A stretch of 64,000 nucleotides of DNA from Octopus bimaculoides (lineage: Eukaryota). The stretch is taken from the NCBI RefSeq assembly GCF_001194135.2, contig NC_068991.1, positions 6,924,780 to 6,988,779 of the forward strand, written 5' to 3'. Of the stretch, positions 40,393-52,387 are shown one piece after another. The notes beneath the pieces are model-generated. The model searched no databases and was not told where the DNA came from. It saw only the letters and a list, made by a program, of their open reading frames with translations. The position numbers and the translations under genes are program-made. Numbering within the stretch: the stretch's first letter is position 1; every line of letters starts with the position of its first letter.

Positions 40393-40972
40393 CTGAAATA
40401 AAGAACAAACAGCAAATGTGAACAAGCTCATAAAATGAATTCCCTTCATTCTTGCAGATTTTTCACTGACTCCAAGAATTTATACACTCTCAAATTAATA
40501 AGTCAATAAATCAAGACAGTGTTGGTGTTCGTTTAATTCTTAATGAATTAATACTTTCCTCTTAGTTGAAGAAAGAAAACAAACACCTAACAGTGTTCAT
40601 TAATGATTCATGAAGAAAAGAGAAGATTATTTTAAGAAATTGAGAATTAATTTTTAAAATTTCCTTCTCATGTTTAACCCTTTAGCATTTAAACAAACCA
40701 TATCCAGCACAAATATTCTACTTGTTTTATGTTAAAACTGGCCAGATCTGGCTTCTTGCATCTATCCTACAATGTCATTCTAAAAATAAACAATTACATC
40801 ATGGAAATCTTAAAGCTATGAGATAAGCCATGATTAATTCAAAATAATGGACTAGCATCTCATCTCATTATTCAAGACAAGAATAAATTCCATTTCGAGA
40901 AAGACTAAAGCAAGAAGTAATACTAAAATAGAGACAAAATTACTGAGAGACTTTCACGTAAAGTACACTTAC

Positions 40973-41093
40973 CTGCCAACACAAATGTATAACGGTTTAG
41001 GAAGCTCAATGCTTTGGATCATCAAACGAGGTTGAATAGTTCGGACTTCAACATATTTTGGAAGGACAGCAATAATGTAAGGAGGATCGTGCA
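40973..41093 (-). CDS. VPS39: VPS39 exon 9
   Basis: VHDPPYIIAVLPKYVEVRTIQPRLMIQSIELPKPLYICVG (human EHQPPYIIAVLPRYVEIRTFEPRLLVQSIELQRP); attatag / gtaagt. Confidence 0.97.
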
Positions 41094-42258
41094 CTATAAT
41101 ATATAATATATAATATAATAAATCAACAATAAATAAATGTTATAACAACAATATGAAAGCAATTCAATATCTACACAATAAACAATTCACAACAGTTTAT
41201 TGATAGTAAAGCCTGCAGATACACATTATGTGTGAGGGAATTTGGCTGCTATTTTTAGCAAGCTGAGCAACCACGTAAATGCATCCTTGTTGGCTCATCA
41301 TTTCACCAAGTTATATCTCCAAGTGAAAAGCCAAGCTATTGAACAGCTATAGTTTGGTTGTGTTGCAATGATGATGCTGAATATTCACGTGAAATAAATT
41401 TTAAAAATAATCAATGCAAAATTGTTCTTTGAGCCTTTAGCATTTAAACTGGCCATACCTGGTCTACATATTCTACCTGTTTTATGTTCAAACTGTCAAG
41501 ATCCAGCCTCTTACACCAACCCTATAATGTCACTTCATAAATATACAATCATGTCACCAAATTCACAAACATAATACAAGATTAATTCAAAACAGTGTGA
41601 ATAAATAGGCAGTCGTGGCCAATGCCAGAGTTGCATAACTGGCTTGTTTAAAAGCGCCCTTCAATCGTCAGGCAATATGCTGTGCTTGTGAAGACCTCTC
41701 AAACTGCATGAAATCACAGTCATGGCCGATGCCAGTGTCACCTGGTGGCACGTAAAAAGCACCATTTGAGTGTGCCCGCTGCCAGTGCCACCTGACTAGC
41801 ACTCATGCTGGTGGAATGTAAAAAGCACCATTCAAGCGTGGCCGATGCCAGTACTGCTTGACTGGCATGTAAAAAGCACCGTTTGAGTGTGGCCAATGCC
41901 AGTGCCGCTTGACTGGCCCCCATGTTGGTGGCACATAAAAAGCACCCACTACACTCTCGGNNNNNNNNNNGAAGGGCATCCAACACTAGAAACCGTGGTG
42001 GTGGTGGCGGTGTGTGTGTGTGTGTGTGTGTGTGTGTGCATGTGTCCTTATGTTTGTGTTTGTGCCCCCTACTGTCTGACAACTGGTGTTTGTTTGTTTA
42101 CATCCCCCATACCATAGCAGTTTGGCAAAAGAGACTGATGGAGTAAGTACTAGACTTGAAAAAAAATAAGCACCAGGGTCACAAGGCAGTACTCCAGCAT
42201 GGCCACAGTCCAATAACTGAAACAAGCAAAAGATAAAAGACGAACTGTAACAACTTAC

Positions 42259-42442
42259 CAAGAGCGATGGGAATGTCAGTCCACTGAAGTGGATATTTCT
42301 GACTTGGGGAACCTTCTTCATCAATAAAGATGGACATTTCATTTCTTCCGAGAGTAATTTGATTATCAGACAATTTAGCAACAAGAGGTTCACTTCTCTT
42401 ACCTCCAAGAGAGAACAGTTCTTTTAAGTTTCCATCATTTAC
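42259..42442 (-). CDS. VPS39: VPS39 exon 8
   Basis: VNDGNLKELFSLGGKRSEPLVAKLSDNQITLGRNEMSIFIDEEGSPSQKYPLQWTDIPIAL; ttcttag / gtaagt; 184 nt. Confidence 0.97.
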
Positions 42443-42880
42443 CTAAGAAGGAAAAAAAAAATATTTTTGAAACAATATATTAGCCTCAATATTTCTCTAG
42501 TTTTTCGGGCCTTGTGCCTAGAGTGGAAAAGAATACTTCTCTAGTAAACCTTGGGAGAGGCATTATGCCGCTAATAAACACATGCACTGGTTTGGTCCTG
42601 CTTGGCCCTCTGTGAGCCTCAGTCTTCTTACAGCTGAATCTCAGACAGACAATTGATCTTACTGACCTTGTTATACACGACATATTTTGGTAGTAGTTGG
42701 TGGCATGCGTCACTTCTAAGTTATACACGAATGCCATCAACTACCACCGAAATGTCCCTCTTGCACACTGCCCCCCTTGTACAAATGTCCCTCTTGCACA
42801 AATGTCCCTTTTGCACAAAGTAAGAAGCAAACAAGAGCAAGAAATAAATGGACATTAAATATTGAAACTCGTTAACTTAC

Positions 42881-42973
42881 TTTTATCACAAAATATTCTC
42901 GTTTGAATCCGACAAATATGGAATCGTTACACCAACTCATGGCTCGTGGTGTGTCGTAAAGCGATAAATCAGG
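42881..42973 (-). CDS. VPS39: VPS39 exon 7
   Basis: PDLSLYDTPRAMSWCNDSIFVGFKREYFVIK (human GDFSVPDVPKSMAWCENSICVGFKRDYYLIR); ttccag / gtaagt. Confidence 0.96.
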
Positions 42974-43259
42974 CTGGAAAGGCAAAATTATTCAATATTA
43001 TTATATCATTAATTAATTACTGTATTTGATGGTACATAAAATGCACCATTTTCTGTCCAAATTCACAGACGCAAAGTGGGGGGGGGGCAGAAGAAGAAGA
43101 AGAAGAAGATGATGATGATGATGATGATTAAATAAAGAATAAGTCCTGGGGTCGATTTCTTCGTCTAAAAAACCCTTTAAGGTGGTGCTCCAGCATGGCC
43201 AGAATCAAAAATGACTGAAACAAGTAAAAGAATAGGAGAGTTAAAAACAGTGGACTTAC

Positions 43260-43298
43260 CTGCATTTCTTTAAATTCACGATTTCTCCAGTAATACAA
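43260..43298 (-). CDS. VPS39: VPS39 exon 6 (provisional number)
   Basis: LYYWRNREFKEMQ (human LYFWKDREFHELQ); ttttcag / gtaagt; 39 nt. Confidence 0.93.
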
Positions 43299-44388
43299 CT
43301 GAAAAAGATAATTTCACCATTACATTGATATTGGGAATGATTTTGAAAACTGGGAAATTAAAAAGAAAAGTACAAAAGCATTTGCTGGTAAAAAAATAAA
43401 TAAATAACAGCAACAACCACTGGCACCAACATTGCCACCACCACCACCACCATCATCTAACATCCATGTTTCATGCTCTGACGGGTTGGATAGTTTGATG
43501 GGATCCAAAAGGCCCAGCAATTGCATTGTACTCTGATGTCTGCATTGCTATGGTTTACATGGCTTCTTAATGTCAAATACAGACAAGATTGAAAGAGAAT
43601 GTTTAAAACAACCCCTTCAATTGCATTGAAGCAAGCAAGGGTCTTATTAAGAAACTGACTGTAAATATCATCACCACCATCATCATCATCATCATCCTCA
43701 TCGTTTAACATCCACTCTCCATGCTGGTATGAGTTGGATGGTTTGACACAGGGAGCTGTCCGGACTCCAGCTGTCTGTTATGGCATAGTTCCTACAGCTG
43801 GAAGCCCTTCTTAACATCAACCACTTGACAGAGATTTCTGGGTGCTTTTTACATGTCACCATCACGGGTGCGTTTACGCAGCACCAACACAGGTGTGTTA
43901 ATGCAGCACCAGCACAGGTGCTTTCTAAGTGGCACCAACACCTNNNNNNNNNNNNNNNNNNNNNNNNNNNNNNNNNNNNNNNNNNNNNNNNNNNNNNNNN
44001 NNNNNNNNNNNNNNNNNNNNNNNNNNNNNNNNNNNNNNNNNNNNNNNNNNNNNNNNNNNNNNNNNNNNNNNNNNNNNNNNNNNNNNNNNNNNNNNNNNNN
44101 NNNNNNNNNNNNNNNNNNNNNNNNNNNNNNNNNNNNNNNNNNNNNNNNNNNNNNNNNNNNNNNNNNNNNNNNNNNNNNNNNNNNNNNNNNNNNNNNNNNN
44201 NNNNNNNNNNNNNNNNNNNNNNNNNNNNNNNNNNNNNNNNNNNNNNNNNNNNNNNNNNNNNNNNNNNNNNNNCACCAAGTGCTACTTGAAATTTCCATAC
44301 ATAAGATGTCTACGTTGCAGAGATTATTAAGCACTTTCTCTCTTTTTCTTTCTCTCCTCCCTCTTTTCCAACTGGAGTAGCCCTGTAG

Positions 44389-44645
44389 CTCCTCTACAGC
44401 AAGACACACCCATTTCTGTCATGCATCTCCTCTACAGCAAGACACACCCATTTGTCATGTATCTCCTCTACAGTAAGACACACCCATTTCTGTCATGCAT
44501 CTCCTCTACAGCAAGACACACCCATTTGTCATGCATCTCCTCTACAGTAAGACACACCCATTTCTGTCATGTATCTTGTCTACAGCAGGACACACCCATT
44601 TCTGTCATGTGTATCCTCTACAGCAAGACACACCCATTTCTGTTC
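44389..44645. repeat. Minisatellite, ~7 x 34-40 bp
   Basis: Unit ctcctctacagcaagacacacccatttctgtcatgcat. Confidence 0.9.
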
Positions 44646-44865
44646 CTCATATTTTATGCCCCTAGATCCACAAAACTGATTCTCACCATTGGCCATGCTT
44701 CCATCCACGTTCACCACTCACTGTATTCAGTTCTGTTCTCATCCCCATCCATCTGCCACACTTCTTTCAAACACCCATAAACTAACCTACCCATTCACCC
44801 TATCAAATGCCCCATATTACTTCTCTTATGTATATATATATACACATATATATATGTACAAATAC

Positions 44866-44912
<47 letters not shown>

Positions 44913-45330
44913 NNNNNNNNNNNNNNNNNNNNNNNNNNNNNNNNNNNNNNNNNNNNNNNNNNNNNNNNNNNNNNNNNNNNNNNNNNATATATGCATATAT
45001 AGACACACATATATAAAATACATTAAATTAAATTAATAATTATATATACATGTATATAATTATATTAAGGGAGTAAGGGCAAAAACAACCTCGAAAGGAT
45101 GGCAAAGTCAACCTCGGCGGCATTTGAACTCAGGACATAAAGATGGACAAAATTCCACTAGGCATTTTGCCCAGTACGATAACAATTCAGCCAGTCTGCT
45201 GCCTTAATCGATATAAATATTTAAAAAGTTGTTTATCTCTAGAAAAAAAAATGAGGTTAACACACAAAAAAAAAATTATAACTTTAACAAATATCTCGTC
45301 CCAGACATGTAATAATTTTTTTTTTCTTAC

Positions 45331-45425
45331 CTTTACATCAACAGCAAATAATGTTGCTCCTTTGGTTCGACTCATTATAGTTAACAATCCAAATGTAGAT
45401 AAGTCATGGACACTTATTACGTTAT
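45331..45425 (-). CDS. VPS39: VPS39 exon 5
   Basis: DNVISVHDLSTFGLLTIMSRTKGATLFAVDVK (human ENNIYVHDLLTFQQITTVSKAKGASLFTCDLQ); cacag / gtaag. Confidence 0.96.
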
Positions 45426-45515
45426 CTGTGTTGAGGATAAGAACAAACACATAAATTAGCAAATAATTTTAGAAAACCGACATTTAAAAAAAAAAAAATG
45501 TACAGAAGTAAATAG

Positions 45516-45880
45516 AGGCGTAGGAGTGGCTGTGTGGTAAGTAGCTTGCTTACCAACCACATGGTTCGGGGTTCAGTCCCATTGCATGGTACTTTGGGCA
45601 AGTGTCTTTTACTATAACTCTGGGCCAACCAATGCCTTGTGAGTGAATTTCGTAGAGGGAAACTGTGAGGAAACCCATCATATAAACACATGTGTTTTTG
45701 CTGTGTTTGTTCCCCCATCACCATTTGTTTACTTGTCCATAACTTAACAGTTCAGCAAAAGAGACCAACTTAACCCCCCCCCCCCCAAAATGTAATGGGA
45801 TAAATTTGTTTGACAAAACTCTTCAAGTATGGTGCCCCAGCATGGCCACAGTCCAGAAACTGAAACAAGTAAAACATAAA
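45516..45880 (+). mobile_element. tRNA-derived SINE family A
   Basis: Co-linear with 7348-7800; tail ends ~9 nt from the exon 4 donor. Confidence 0.85.
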
Positions 45881-45889
45881 AATACTCAC

Positions 45890-45935
45890 CAGACAGACTA
45901 ACCAAGATATATTCTTCATCTGTAATTGCAGACAG
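45890..45935 (-). CDS. VPS39: VPS39 exon 4
   Basis: LSAITDEEYILVSLS; ttgcag / gtgagt; 46 nt, phases 0 to 1 fit neighbours. Confidence 0.9.
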
Positions 45936-46395
45936 CTGCAAAGAATAGTTTTAAAGAATTAATTCAACCGATTTTATGGAAGTAATTAATGTAGAAAATT
46001 ATCAAAGCAAGTTGCGAAATGGAGAAAATTCTTTGTTTTGTGATATTCTAAAGAAACATGGAAATGAACAACAAAGTATAACTACATTTTTACAACATCC
46101 ATATTAATTAGGTTACTTATGACAATACACACACACACACACACACAAGAATATGCTTGTAACAATTTACAGTCCAAATTCTAAAGTAAAACAAAAAACT
46201 AAATCACCAGTTTTTAACATAGATTTAATGAAACAAAACTACTTTAGTACGTAATTAAAAACATGTTGATAAATACATACGTTAAGTCTAAAAGTCCTAA
46301 GGTTTCAATTTACATCTGTTTCACGCTGTTGCTGAAATTACCAGACACTGTGCAGTCGGTCAATTTTGGAGAGAAAGGATCAGAGTGACGTACAA

Positions 46396-46458
46396 CAGTG
46401 GTCCTCAAACATTTTGGCACCACAGACCGATTCCATGCAAGACAATTTTTCCATGGAG
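46396..46458. mobile_element. hAT terminus fragment resembling MER1/Charlie3 end
   Basis: CAGTGGTCCTCAAACATTTTGGCACCACAGACCGATTCCATGCAAGACAATTTTTCCATGGAG, about 80% identical to the recalled MER1 terminus. Confidence 0.55.
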
Positions 46459-46961
46459 TGAGGAATCATGTGCGTAACAAGACACAATAAGGTGCAGAAT
46501 ATATGTAATTCATTACATATATAATACTTATATAATACAGCAAAACCCTGCAGACTGTGATAATGATGATGATGATCATCATCATCACCATCATTTAATG
46601 TCCATTGTCCATGCTGGCATCGGTTGCACAATTTCACCAGGGCTGATAAGCTGAGGAACCCCCCAGCTTGCGAGCTCTGGTCACACCGTCCAATCCATGC
46701 CAGCATGGACAACAAACGTTAAATGATGATGATGAAAGCACCTTGACAAACATAAGTGGTTGACTGATAACCTGAATGATTAATCAAACAATCAATTAGT
46801 TAACTGATTAAATAGTTAATTAACTGACAAGTAAGGAAGAGAAATAAAACTGGTGTATGTGTGTTCATCATTAGCATAATGACCCTCCCAAAATGCAACA
46901 AAGAACATTCTTTTAAAAATTAATGATAATTATCTCATTAAATAAACAGAAAAGTACTTAC

Positions 46962-47026
46962 TTGAGTGATTGGTTTTTTAGCAAATGATTTGTTAGAACC
47001 TTCCAACTGAATGCTGAATTTATTCT
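46962..47026 (-). CDS. VPS39: VPS39 exon 3
   Basis: ENKFSIQLEGSNKSFAKKPITQ (human NRFEVTLEKSNKNFSKKIQQ); gacag / gtaagt; 65 nt. Confidence 0.95.
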
Positions 47027-47904
47027 CTGTCAAAAACAAAATTGACAATATTGTTAGTGAATGCTAGATACAATAATGATAATAATTCATTCTTTTATTA
47101 GCCACAAGGGCTCGCATAAAACAACATTAAATGACAAGCAACAACATAAAAGACAAAAACGGGACGATACAATGTTTTCTGCATGTAAACAATATAAATA
47201 ACAATTAAAAAATTAAACAAATTAAAACTCCCAATAGGGGAGGTGCTTTAAGGTTCTCGTGGAAAAACCCAGAAAAGCCACGGGTGCCTGATCAACAGGG
47301 CAAGAGCCCTTCTCCTTTAATTTTTTACAGGTGCATGCTCAGAATTGGTCCTTTCACACTGGTCATTCTTCCAACATNNNNNNNNNNNNNNNNNNNNNNN
47401 NNNNNNNNNNNNNNNNNNNNNNNNNNNNNNNNNNNNNNNNNNNNNNNNNNNNNNNNNNNNNNNNNNNNNNNNCCCCCCCCCCATCTTTCAACAAACTTGT
47501 TACAAGGCAACACTTCCCTCTCCACCCTCAACTTCCTTTTCAAGTGAAATTTGAAAAAGATGATGAGGGCTTGGCCAAAGAGGAAAGTGTCTGTCTTTAG
47601 CCCTTTCAAACGGGTCCACCATACTACCTCTTTCACTACAGCCACTAGACAAATAAAAATTACCTGCCTCAAATCTGGAGGGAGGGGTCTAGTCATTTAC
47701 ATCGACCCCAGTGCATAACTGGTACTTATTTAATCGATCCCGAAAGGATGAAAGGCAAAGTTGACCTCAGCAGAATTTGAACTCAGAACATAGAGGCAGA
47801 CGAAATACCGCTAAGCATTTTGTCCAGCATGCTAACAATTCTGCCAACTCACTGCCTTCAAGAATAATAATAATGATGATGATGATGATGACGATGATGA
47901 TGAA

Positions 47905-48050
47905 ATTATTGTGTATAGTGCTCAGGTGCACTACAACCTCAGTCTCTGCAGCACTAATTCTCATTCCAGACTTGCAGCACTCAGCAACAAACCCATTCAG
48001 TGTATACAAGAGATCATCTTCTGCTGAGCCAAAGTAGCTGCATATCATCT
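47905..48050 (-). pseudogene. LINE reverse-transcriptase fragment (RTE/Rex-like)
   Basis: SAEDDLLYTLNGFVAECCKSGMRISAAETEVVV resembles the segment after the YADD motif (..LQ.ALDRFAAEC..AGM.IS..K.E.MV). Confidence 0.6.
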
Positions 48051-48257
48051 ACAAATATCAACCAAATGATCCTCTAACACAACAGCTGTGCATGTCAATA
48101 GTTCATAAGAATTATGAAAAGTAGAGCTAACAATATGCACCCCAACTGAAGTTCAACACCCACGTTGAAAGGTTTTGACTTAGCACCATTTAACTGAACA
48201 CAAACATTTAGGCAGTAACAGAGTGGGGATTGTAAACAGGACACAATGAAGTAATAC

Positions 48258-48329
48258 CTTGGTCTTTGTCTTTGCTGATTTTATACTGTAAAAGATGTCC
48301 TTGTTTTGTTCCAACCAACAATACATCCT
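48258..48329 (-). CDS. VPS39: VPS39 exon 2
   Basis: EDVLLVGTKQGHLLQYKISKDKDQ (human EEWLLVGTKQGHLLLYRIRKD); tttcag acceptor, gtatta donor; 72 nt. Confidence 0.96.
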
Positions 48330-50175
48330 CTGAAATATAAATATAAGGGGTAAAATATCAGAGATAAATAATTAGTGATAATTAAATTCACAATAACTAT
48401 GTTGAGAAAATGAAAGGAAACCAAATCAAGGTAATGTAATGCCCACGAAGCAGCAGAATGAGGTACTGTCACTAAATTTAAAAGAATCAGAAGTTTCAAA
48501 TTTGATAATTAATACTTGATGGCAAATAGACTGCTTATGATAAAAAAAAAAAACTTCCATCATTCATAATTTTATGTAAAAGAACAATGCTCAAAGAAGC
48601 AAGGATCTGGATTTAGCAATTCCATTGCTAATGTTAGACACTTTTGCCTGCTATAGATACATCTCATGCTTGGCCTAGTGGTTAAGATGTCGGACTCACA
48701 ATTGTAAGACTGTGGTTTTGATTCCTGGACTGGGTAATGCGATGCGTTCTTGAGCAAAACACTTCACTTCATGTTGCTCCAGTCCACTTAGCTGCAGAAA
48801 TGAGCACCACTAGTGAAGGCGCATTGTTTAAAGGTTAGGTTGTTGGATTTACAACTGTAAGATTGTGAGCTTGATCTCTGGACCAGGCGATCCGTTGTGT
48901 TCTTGAGCAAGACACTTCATTTCACGTTGCTCTAGTTCACTCAGCTGTAGAAATGAATTTAGCCTGGAGAGGGATGGGCTCCACCAGGCTTTCTCACCCT
49001 AGATATGCTGCATAGCTGCAGCACCCCAACGGTACCCAATGGGTTAAGGGACTTGTCAGATATATCTCTCAACTTTCTAGCTCTATAAGTCTATACGAGA
49101 TGCTTTCTCGACTCCAAATTTATTTACCGTTATTTTAATATATACCATGCCGCGACGGGCAGGTATGTAATATAAGTGGGAAAGCATGCGAGGTAAAGGG
49201 AGTTAATTTTGGCCTGTATATATGCTTTGTGTAGTAGTAGTAGTAGTAGCAGCAGCAGCAGCAAGAAGAAGAAAATAGAGATAGGGTAATGTTGTAGAGA
49301 AGAGAAAGTGAGCTAGTGAAACTTAGATTCGACGGAGTTGTATGTCTCGTATTGTTTTCCTTCTCTCTCTGGCCGTTTGTCTCAAGTGGCTGTCTGCCGG
49401 TGGCCATCTCTAGTTGTCTCTGTTCATAAACTGATTTTGGCTAACGGAGTTCTAGTATTTATAACTATACAAAACTAGTTAGAAAAACAGACATACTGCA
49501 AAGACAATAGATTTCGTTGGGGGTCTGTTATCTCAATTCTAACTTTTGGTGAAATAGAAGAGATAACAAGAGTTAAGTGGTAAAGCCATAGTTTCTCTGT
49601 GGGGGTAAGTGCTGTTAAATTAGGTGAAATTTAGCAGATTCAGGTTCGAATTTACTCTATGCCTAAATGAAGTCCACTACATACTCTCTTTACTCTTTTA
49701 CTTGTTTCAGTCATTTGACTGCGGCCATGCTGGAGCACCGCCTTCAGTCGAGCAAATCGACCCCAGGATTTATTCTTTGGAAGCCTAGTACTTATTCTAT
49801 CGGTCTCTTTTGCTGAACAGCTAAGTTACGGGGACGTAAACACACCAGCATCGGTTGTCAAGCGATGTTGGGGGACAAACACAGACACACAAACATACAC
49901 ACACACACATATATATATGTATNNNNNNNNNNNNNNNNNNNNNNNNNNNNNNNNNNNNNNNNNNNNNNNNNNNNNNNNNNNNNNNNNNNNNNNNNNNNNN
50001 NNNNNNNNNNNNNNNNNNNNNNNNNNNNNNNNNNNNNNNNNNNNNNNNNNNNNNNNNNNNNNNNNNNNNNNNNNNNNNNNNNNNNNNNNNNNNNNNNNNN
50101 NNNNNNNNNNNNNNNNNNNNNNNNNNNNNNNNNNNNNNNNNNNNNNNNNNNNNNNNNNNNNNNNNNNNNNNNNNN

Positions 50176-50228
<53 letters not shown>

Positions 50229-52336
50229 ATAATATCGAGGAAAAGTTTTTCAATGTCACACTAAAATTTGTACTTGGAAGAAAAATAATACAATGTTTAC
50301 CAGCAACAGAAAATACAGACAGAAGTGAGGTTTTAAAAAAAACAAACAAACTCCGCTCTAACCAGCTACAGACAAAATTGAGGTATATAAATATTACGAT
50401 GGAGCAGAAAATGTGACGGAACTAGATAGAGAACAGCTACTATGACGATGAGTCATTAAACATAGGAGAGGCAATGACAATGATTTCATGTGATTCCACC
50501 TCCATCCATCCAGCCATCCCTTCAGTTCATTTACTAACATTAAACAAACTTCATTTGAAAAAAAAACGAAAGAAAGAAAGGAAGAAAGAAACAAAGAAAG
50601 CTTCCTCGGTAGTGCATGTTTGTTTATTGTTGTTTATCCGCTCCACCCAACCCCCTGATCAGCATGATCTAGTTGACCTGGCCCTGTGATCAAAGGTACT
50701 CCAACCACGATCAACAAATTGGCCACATTGTGCAATGTGTCCTTTTTTGTTTAAAGAAAATAATTAAAATAAACAAAGTTAGGCGTGGTTTCCCATAAAT
50801 CTGTCTGCTACTTCTAACATGTCAGGCGAACCACGTAGAAATTTGACCCGTACATTACGTTTATGTAGGTAGAGGTTTTGTTGGTGTTGCTTAACCCAAG
50901 GTCAGCACTAATTAAGCAAATATGATCAAAAACAATCCAGTCGTGATCACCTCGTCTTTCGTTCGGACAGCGTAGCCCGGACAAGGCAGTTGAATGTATC
51001 CCGCTTTTTAAGATAGTCTGGTGTAGAATGGGGGAGATTTTGAGTGCAGTAGCACCACCAAAATCGAGCAACCACTAACAAACAGGGTGGAGATATAACT
51101 TAATATACATCTATACACTCTTGAACGATTGTCCAAGTGACGGAAGTGAAGAGAAGTAACTCTGGCTCGAATAAGTTGTTAAAATACCACGGGATGTGTG
51201 AAAATAACAAGTACCACCAATGTGCTTATCTCGACGAACTACACTCTAAATAATAATTATATTCTTGCACTACATGCAGTACAGCGTTGGAACAAAACAC
51301 CAGTAATTCATTAATCGAACAGCAAAACTGCAAATTACTCTCCCCCGATATCTAAAAACGAGAGAGTTTCATAACTAGTCTCCGTCGTCAGACGATATTC
51401 AATAACCGATGGAATTCCACGACGGGATCGAAAGTAACCAGGCTGGTCCCACTTTTTCTGTATACGAAGATTTTGTAGATAAAGTGTTTTACATGTTGCA
51501 TACACAGCGTTTGCCAAAAATTCTATGGTTATGTTCTGTTACACAGAATACAATATCTAATAGTAAGATTCGCATAGACTGAGGTTGTATTTTATTAGCC
51601 CAAGGTCAGTCCTAATCGAGCTGACTAATTATCAAAAAACATGCCAGCCGTGACCACTCGGTGTCTTTGAAGTATGCAAAACCATATTATCTATTTTCCC
51701 AAGACAGAAGAGTATGATATGAGTGAAACTTGACTGCTATTTCTAGCAGGTCGGACGACCATGCTGATGCCCGCTCGGCTGTTGTTTTGATATCAAAGGT
51801 GTTCTACCTTTAACCACTTCACCTTCTGTATATCAAGGACTACATGGCATAATGAAATTCTTTTTTTACTGAAAACGATAGGTTGTCATTTCAGAGGCTC
51901 TCTCGTTATATCGATTTGCATTGCATACATATATGTGATTTGATGAAAGTTAGTGTTCTTCTCTAAAAGCAACAAATGCGTTCAAATTTAATTCAGAACA
52001 ACACGAAAGTCGGCACAAATGACAAGAGAAATGAATTTCCAAATTGACATAGAGCAGAAGATTAGACATATAAAAGCATTTAAACTCACTGGTTACGATT
52101 AGAAGTGTTTAGATGAAATGAATACGATTCTGACGAAAAACTGTAAAAACCGTTTCTATACTACCAACCAGTGTAACGATAATAAAAGTAGTTGTTCAAA
52201 AAAGATTCTCTATTCTATGCTCTTGGAATCATCATGATTAATCTAAGAATCTCCAACGCACAACCAGTGCTTGGTTAGATGAGTTTCCAATCACTAGCAG
52301 TAAGTGTTTTACACGAGGTCAAAAAAGGGGCGGGAT

Positions 52337-52387
<51 letters not shown>

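Noticed and set aside
42486-42830. 84-aa ORF plus a 14-bp inverted repeat (42693-42706 / 42731-42744) and 17-bp repeats aaatgtccctcttgcac
   Set aside because: No recognisable protein or TSD; probably a degraded DNA-transposon scrap in intron 7.
48665-48740. tRNA-like A/B-box sequence (tggcctagtgg..ggttttgattcc)
   Set aside because: It continues directly into the SINE family D body; a SINE head, not a tRNA gene.
49147-49168. Plus-strand ATGCCGCGACGGGCAG|GTATGT, a possible antisense first exon in VPS39 intron 1
   Set aside because: Five codons only, no downstream partner exon identified, and next to repeat fragments.
51335-51517. 60-aa ORF ending ..LTTETSYETLSFLDI, faintly like the Penelope RT motif FT.E.E...L.FLD
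   Set aside because: Too short and too weak, with no YxDD or GIY-YIG context.
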